From the human T2T-CHM13v2.0 reference genome, Homo sapiens, in the NCBI RefSeq assembly GCF_009914755.1, contig NC_060926.1: 64,000 nucleotides of DNA; one strand, 5' to 3'. The notes below the pieces were generated by a model. The model ran no database searches. It had not been told where the DNA came from and was given only the letters and a program-made list of their open reading frames with translations. Position 1 is the first letter of the stretch. Each line of letters begins with the position of its first letter. Position numbers and translations under genes: made by a program. This document shows, one piece after another, positions 56,801 through 64,000 of this stretch.

Positions 56801-59800
56801 CTTCTGTGTAGTTTTTATGAGAAGATATTTCGTTTTCCACCATTGGAATAGAAGCGCTCCAAATGTCCACTTGCAGATCCTGCAAAAAGTGTGTTTCAAA
56901 CCTGCTCTATGAAAAGGAAGGTTCAACTCGGTGAGTTAAATGCACGCATCACAAAGAAGTTTCTGAGAATGCTTCTGTCTAGTTTTTGTGTGAAGATATT
57001 TCCTTTCCCACCATACACCTCAAAGCTCTCCAAATGCACACATGCAGATTCTGCAAAAAGAGTGTTTCAAACGTGCACTATCAAAACAAAAGTTCAACTC
57101 TGTGAGTTGAATGCACACATCACAAAGAAGTTTCTGAGAATGCTGCTGTCTAGTTTTTATGTGAAGGTATTCCTGTTTCTAAGGAAGTCCGAAAATCGGT
57201 CCAAATATCCACTTGCAGATTCTTCAAAAAGAGTGTTTCAAAACTGCTCTATCATAAGGAATGTTCAACTCTGTGAGTTGAATGCAAACATCACAAAGAA
57301 GTTTCATAGAATGCTTCTGTCTAGTTTTTATGAGAAGATATTTCATTTTCCACCATAGGCCTCAAAGCACCCCAAATGTCCAGTTTCAGATTCTACAAAA
57401 AGAGTGTTTCAAACCTGCTCTATTAAAAGAAAGGTTCAACTCTGTGAGTTGAAGGCAAACATCACAAAGAAGTTTCTGAGAATGCTTCTGTCTATTTTTT
57501 ATGGGAAGATATTTCCTTTTCCACCACAGGCCTCAAAGTGCTTTAAATGTCCACGTGCAGATTCTACAAAAAGCGTGTTTGAAACGTGCTCTATCAAAAG
57601 AAAGTTTCAACCCTGTGAGTTGAATGCACACATCAGAAAAATTTTCTGAGAATTCTTCTGTCTAGTTTCTATGTGAAGATATTCTCGTTTATAAAGAAGG
57701 CCTCAAAGCATTCCAAATATCCACTTGCAGATTCTGCGAAAAGAGTGTTTCAAAACTGCTCTATGGAAAGGAAGTTTCAACTCTGTGAGTTGAATGCACA
57801 AATCACAAAGAAGTTTCTGAGAATGCTTCTCTCTAGTTTTTATGTGAAGATATTTCCTTTCCCACCATAGTCCTCAAATTTCTCCAAATGTCCACTTGCA
57901 GGTTCTACCAAATGAGTGTTTCAAACCCGCTCTATCAAAAGAAAGGTTCAACTCTGTGAGTTGAATGCACACATCACTAAGAAGTTTCTGAGAATGCTTC
58001 TGTCTAGTGTTTATGTGAAGATATTCCCGTTTCCAACGAAGGCCTCACAGAGTTCCAAATATCAACTTGCACATTCCACAAAAAGAGAGTTTCTAAATTG
58101 CGCTATGAAGAGGTATGTTCTACTCTGTGAGTTGAATGCAAACATCACAAAGAAGTTTCTGAGAAAGCTACAGTCTAGTCTTTATGTGATGATATTACCT
58201 TTTCCACGATAGGAATCAAAGTGCTCCAAATGTCCACTTGCAGATTCTACAAAAAGAGTGTTTCAAACCTGCTCTATATAAAGTTTCAACTCTGTGAGTT
58301 TAATGCACACATTACAAAGAAGTTTCTGAGAATGCTTCTGTCTAGTTTTTATGTGAAGATATTTCCGTTTCCCACGTAAGCCTCAAAGCATTCCAAATAT
58401 CCACTTGCAGATTCTACGAAAAGAGTGTTTCAAAACTGCTCTATGAAAAGATATATTCAACTCTGTGAATTGAATGCAAAGATCACAAAGATGTTTCAGA
58501 GAGTTCTTCTGTCTAGTTTTTATATGAAGATATTTCCTTTTCCACCACAGGCCTCAAATCTCTCCAAATGTCCACTTGCAGAATCTACAAAAAGAGTGTT
58601 TCAAACCTGCTCTGTCAAAAGAAAAGATCAATTCTGTGAGTTGAATGCACACATCAATAAGAAATTTCTGAGAATGCTTCTGTCTAGTGTTTATGTGAAG
58701 ATATTCCTGTTTCCAATGAAGACCTCAAAGCGGTCCAAATATCCACTTGCAGGTTCCACTAAAAGAGAGTTTCAAAACTGCTCCATGATAAGGTACGTTC
58801 AAATTTGTGAGTTGAATGCACACATCAGAAAGAAGTTTCTGAGAATGCTTCTGTCTAGTGTTTATGTCAAGATATTACCGTTTCCAAAGAAGGTCGCAAA
58901 GTGGTCCAAATATCCACATGCAGATTCTTCAAAAAGAGTGTTTCAAAACTGCTCTATCAAAAGAAGGGTACAACTCTGTGAGTTGAATGCACACATCACA
59001 AAGAAGTTTCAGAGAATGCTTCTGTCTAGGGTTTATGTGAAGATATTCCCGTTTCCAAAGAAGGCCTTAAAGCGGTCCAAATATCCACTTGCAGATTCTA
59101 CTAAAAGAGTGTTTCAAAACTGCTCTATAATAAAGCATGTTCAACTCTGTGAATTGAATGCACCCATCAAAAACAGGATTCTGAGAATGATTCTGTCTAG
59201 TTTTTATGTGAAGATATTTCCTTTTCCACCATAGGCCTCAAAGCGCACCAAATATCCACTTTTATATTCTGCAAAAACAGTGTTTAACACCTTCTCCAAC
59301 AAAAGAAAGGTACAACTCTGTGAGTTGAATGCACACATCACAAAGAAGTTTCTGAAATGCTTCTGTGTAGTTTTTATGTGAAGATATTCCCGTTTCTAAC
59401 GAAGGCCTCAAAGCGGTCCAAATATCCACTTGCAGAATCTACGAAAAGTGTGTTTAAAAAATGCTCTATGAAAAGGAAGGTACACCTCTGTGAGTTGAAT
59501 GCACACATCTCAAAGACGTTTCTGAGAATGCCTCTGTCTAGTTTTTATGTGATGACATTTCCTTTCCCACTGTAGGCCTCAAATTTCTTCAAATGTCCAC
59601 TTCCGGATTCTACAAAATGAGTGTTTCAAACGTGCTTTGTCTAAAGGAAGGTTCAACTCTGTGAGTTGAATGCACATATCACAAATTAGTTTCTGAGAAT
59701 GCTTCTGTCTAGTGTTTAAGTGAAAATACTCCCGTTTCCAACGAAGCCCTCAAAGCGGTCCAAATATCCACATGCAGATTCCATAAAAACAGTGTTTCAA

Positions 59801-62800
59801 ATCTGCTCCATCAAAAGAAAGGTTCTACTCGCTGAGCTGAATGCACACAGCACAAAGAAGTTTCTGAGAAACTTCTGTCTAGTGATTATGTGAAGATATT
59901 CCCGTTTCCAATGAAGGCCTCAAAGTGGTCCAAATATCCACTTGCAGATTCCACAAAAAGAGTGTTTCAAACCTGCTCTATCAAAAGCAAGGTTAAATTC
60001 TGTGAGTTGAAAGCACACATCACAAAGAAGTTTCTGAGAATGCTTCTCTGTAGCTTTTATGTGAAGATATTTCCTTTTCGACCATAGGCCTCAAAGCTCT
60101 CCAAATATCCAATTGCAGATTTTACAAAAAGAGTGTGTCAAAACTGCTCTATCAAAAGCAACGTTCAACTCTGTGAGTTGAATGCACACATCACAAAGAA
60201 CTTTCTGAGAATGCTTCTGTCTAGTGTTTATGTGAAGATATTCCCGTTTCCAACGGAGGCCTCAAAGCACTCCAAATATCCCCTTGCAAATTCTAGTAAA
60301 AGACTCTTTCAAAACTGTTCTATGATAAGGTATGTTCAACTCTGTGAGTTGAATGCAAAGATCATGAACAAGTCTCTGAGAATGCTTCTGTCTAGTTTTT
60401 ATTTGATGATATTTCCTTTTCCACCATAGGCCACAAAGCTCTCCAAATGTCCACTTGCAAATTCTACAAAAAGAGTGTTTCAAACCTGGTCTATCAAAAG
60501 AAATGTTCAACTCTGTGAGTTGAATGCACACATCACAAAGAAGTTCCTGAGAATGCTTCTGTCTAGTTTTTATGTGAAGATATTCCCGTTTCCAACGAAG
60601 GCCTCAAAGGGGTCCAAATATCCACTTGCAGATTCTACTCAAAGAGTGTTTCAAAACTGCTCTATGATAAAGTGTGTTCAACTCTGTAAGGGGAACGCAA
60701 ATATCACAAAGAAGTTTCTGAGAATCCTTCTATTTTTTATTGGAAGATATTTCCTTTTCCACCATAGGCCTCAAAGCTCTCCAAATGTCCACTTGCAGAT
60801 TCTACAAAAAGAGTGTTTCAAACCTGCTCTATCAAAAGAAACGTTCAACTCTGTGAGTTGAATGCACACATCACAAAGAAGTTTCTCAGAATGCTTCTGT
60901 CTAGTGTTTATGTGAAGATACTCCCATTTTCAAAGAAGACCTCAGTGTGGTCCAAATATCCACTTGCAGATTCCACTAAAAGAGGGTTTCAGAACTACTC
61001 TATGATAAGTTATGTTCAACTGTGTGACTTGAATGCACACATCACAAAGAAGTTTCTGAGAATGCTTCTGTCTAGTGTTTATGTGAAGTTATACCCATTT
61101 CCCACGAACTCCTCAAAGCGGTCCAATTATCCACTTGCAGATACTGTGAAAAGAGTGTTTCAAAACTGGTCTATGAAAATGAAAGTTCAACTCTGTGAGT
61201 TTAATGTAAACATCATAAAGAAGTTTCTGAGTATGCTTCTGTCTAGTTTTGATGTGAATATATTTCCTTTCCCACCATAGTCCTCAAAGCTCTCCAAATG
61301 TCCACTTGCAGATTCTACAAAATGAGTGTTTCAAACGTGCTCTATCCAATAAACGTTCAACTCTGTGAGTAGAATGCACACATCACAAAGAAGTTTCTGA
61401 GAATGCTTCTGTCTAGTGTTTATGTGAAGATATTCCGGTTTCCAACGAAGGCCTCAAAGCGGTACAAATATCCACTTGCAAATTCTACAAAAAGAGTGTT
61501 TCAAAATTGCTCTATGAAAAGGTATGTTCAACTCTGTGAGTTGAATGGAAACATCACAACGTAGTTTCTGAGAATTCTTCTGTCTGGTTTTTACATAAAG
61601 ATTTTTCCGTTTCCACCATGGTCCTTAAAGCTCTCTAAATGACCACTTGTTGATTCTACAAAAACAGTGTTTCAAACATGCTCTATGAAAAGAAAGGCTC
61701 AATTCTGTGAGTGGAATGCAGACATCACCAAGAAGTTTCTGAGAATACTTCTGTCTAGTTTTTATATGAATATATTCCCGTTTCCAAAGAAGGCCTCAAA
61801 GTGGTCCAAATATCCACTGGGAAATTCTACTAAAACACTGTTTCAAAACTGCTCTATGATAAGGTGTGTTAAACTCTGTGAGTTGAATGCAAACATCACA
61901 AAGGAGTTCCTGAGAATGCTTCTGTCTAGAATTTATGTGAAGATATTTGTTTTTCAACCATAGCACTCAAAGTGCTCCAATTGTCCACTTGCATATTATT
62001 CAAAAAGAGTGTTTCAAACCTGCTCTATCAAAAGAAAGGTTCAACTCTGTGTGTTGAATGCACACATCAAAAAGAAGTTTCTGAGAATGTTTCTGTCTAG
62101 TGTTTATGTGAAGATGTTCCCGTTTCCAACCAAGGCCTCAAAGCATTCCAAATATCCACTTGCAGATTCTACTAAAAGAGTGTTTCAAAACTGCTCTATG
62201 ATAAGGTACGTTGAACTCTGTGAGTTGAAGGCAAATATCACAAAGAAGTTTCTGAGAATGTTTCTGTCTAGTTTTTAAGGGAAGATACTTCCTTTTCCAC
62301 CATAGGCCTCAAAGCGGTCCAAATATCCACTTGCAGATTCTACAAAAACTGTGTGTGAAACCTGCTTTATGAAAAGAAAGGTTCAACTCTGTGAGTTGAA
62401 TGCACACATCACAAAGAAGTTTCTGAGAATGCTTCTGTCTGGTTTTTATATAAAGATATTTCCTTTTCCACCATAGGCCTCAAAGCTCTCCAAATGTCCA
62501 CTTGCGGATTCTATAAAAAGAGTGTTTCGAACCTGCTCTATCAAAAGAAATTTTCAACTCTGTGAGTTGAATGCCCACATCACAAAGGAATTTCTGAGAA
62601 TGCTTCTGTCTAGTTTTTAGGTGAAGACATTTCCTTTTCTACCATAGGCCTCAAAGCTCTCCAAATGTGCAGTTGCAGATTTTACAAAAAGAGTGTTTCA
62701 AAACTGCTCTTTCAAAAGAAAGGTTTAACTCTGTGAGTTAAATGCAGACATCACAAAGAAGTTTCTGAGAATGTTTCTGTCTAGTTTTTATGTGACGATA

Positions 62801-64000
62801 TTTTCTTTTCCACCAGAGGCCCCAAAGCGCTCCAAATGTCCACTTGCAGATACTACAAAGAGAGTGTTTCAAACCTGCTCTATCAAAGGAAAGGTTCAAC
62901 TCTGTGAGTTGAATGCATGCATCAGAAAGTAGTTTCTGAGAATGCTTCTCTCTAGTGTTTATGTGAGGATATTCCCATTTCCAACGAAGGCCTCAAAGCG
63001 GTCGAAATATCCACTTGCAGATTCTACAAAAAGAGTGTTTCTAAACTGCTCCATGAAAAGGTATGTTCAACTCTGAGAGTTGAATGCAAACATCACAAAG
63101 AAGTTTCTGAGAATTCTTCTGTCTATTTTTTGTGTGAAGATATTTCTTTTCCACCATAGTCCTCAAAGCTCTCCAAATGTCCACTTTCAGATTCTACAAA
63201 AAGAGTGTTTCAAACCTGCTCTATCAAAAGAAAGTTTCAACTCTGTGAGTTGAATACACCCATCACAAAGAAGTTTCTCAGAATGCTTCCATGTAGTTTT
63301 TATGTGGAGATATTTTTTTTCTGCCATAGGCCTCAAAGCTCTCCAAATGTCCACTTGTATATTCTACCAAAAGTGTGTTTGAAAACTGCTCTATGAAAAG
63401 AAAGATTCAACTCTGTTAGTTGAATGCAAACATCACAAAGAAGTTTCTGAGAAAGTTTCTGTCTAGTTTTTATGTGAAGATATTTCGTTTTCCACCATAA
63501 GCCTCAAAGCGCTCCGAATGTCCACTTGCAGATTCTACAAAAAGAGTGTTTCAAACCTGCTCTATCAAAAGAAAGGTTCAACTCTGTGAGTTGAATGCAC
63601 ACAGCACAAAGAAGTTTCTGAGAATGCTTCTGTCTAGTTTTTATGTAAAGACATTTCCTTTTCTACCATAGGCCTCAAAGCTCTCCAAATGTCCAATTGC
63701 AGATTTTACAAAAAGTGTGTTTCAAAGCTGTTCTATCAAAAAAAAGTTTCAACTCTGTGAGTTAAATGCACACATTACAAAGGGGTTTCTGAGAATGCTT
63801 CTTTCCACGTTTTATATGAAGATATTTCCTTTTCCACCATAGACCTCAAAGCGCTCCAAATGTCCACTTGCAGATTCTACAAAAAGAGTGTGTCAAAGCT
63901 GCTCTATCAAAAGAAAGTTTCAAATCTGTATGTTCAATCCACACAGCACAAAGATGTTTCTGAGAAAGCATCTGTCTAGTGATTATGTGAAGATACTCCA
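50851..64000 (-). repeat. Alpha satellite, second irregular A/B layer with distinct diagnostic variants
   Basis: Recurrent atgataaggtatgttc, tctactaaaag, tagtgtttatg and ttttccaccatagg variants start at about 50.9 kb. The array runs off the end of the window. Confidence 0.88.

Overview
Hominid (human or great-ape type) pericentromeric boundary. I found no functional protein-coding gene and no new biological system. Bases 1-17.2 kb are a segmental-duplication-type block carrying an unprocessed BMS1 pseudogene on the + strand. It has eight exons with intact GT-AG boundaries (about exons 14-21), a 5-nt frameshift and a CGA>TGA stop, set among Alu, L1M, L2, MIR, MER3 and an MST solo LTR. At about 17,211 the block abuts 171-bp alpha satellite, on the minus strand relative to the usual consensus, which fills the rest of the window. 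The satellite has three distinguishable layers: a strict 342-bp A/B dimer array with CENP-B boxes (17.2-29.9 kb), and two irregular A/B layers (29.9-50.85 kb and 50.85-64 kb). One 5'-truncated L1PA2/3-type element interrupts the dimer layer. Its 5' junction is the most unusual structure in the window: a 133-bp fold-back inverted duplication of the target DNA joined by short L1-templated patches, all inside a 14-bp TSD. The many ORFs in the satellite are artefacts of the 171-nt (57-codon) period. Family and subfamily names come from recalled consensus sequences, not from database searches.
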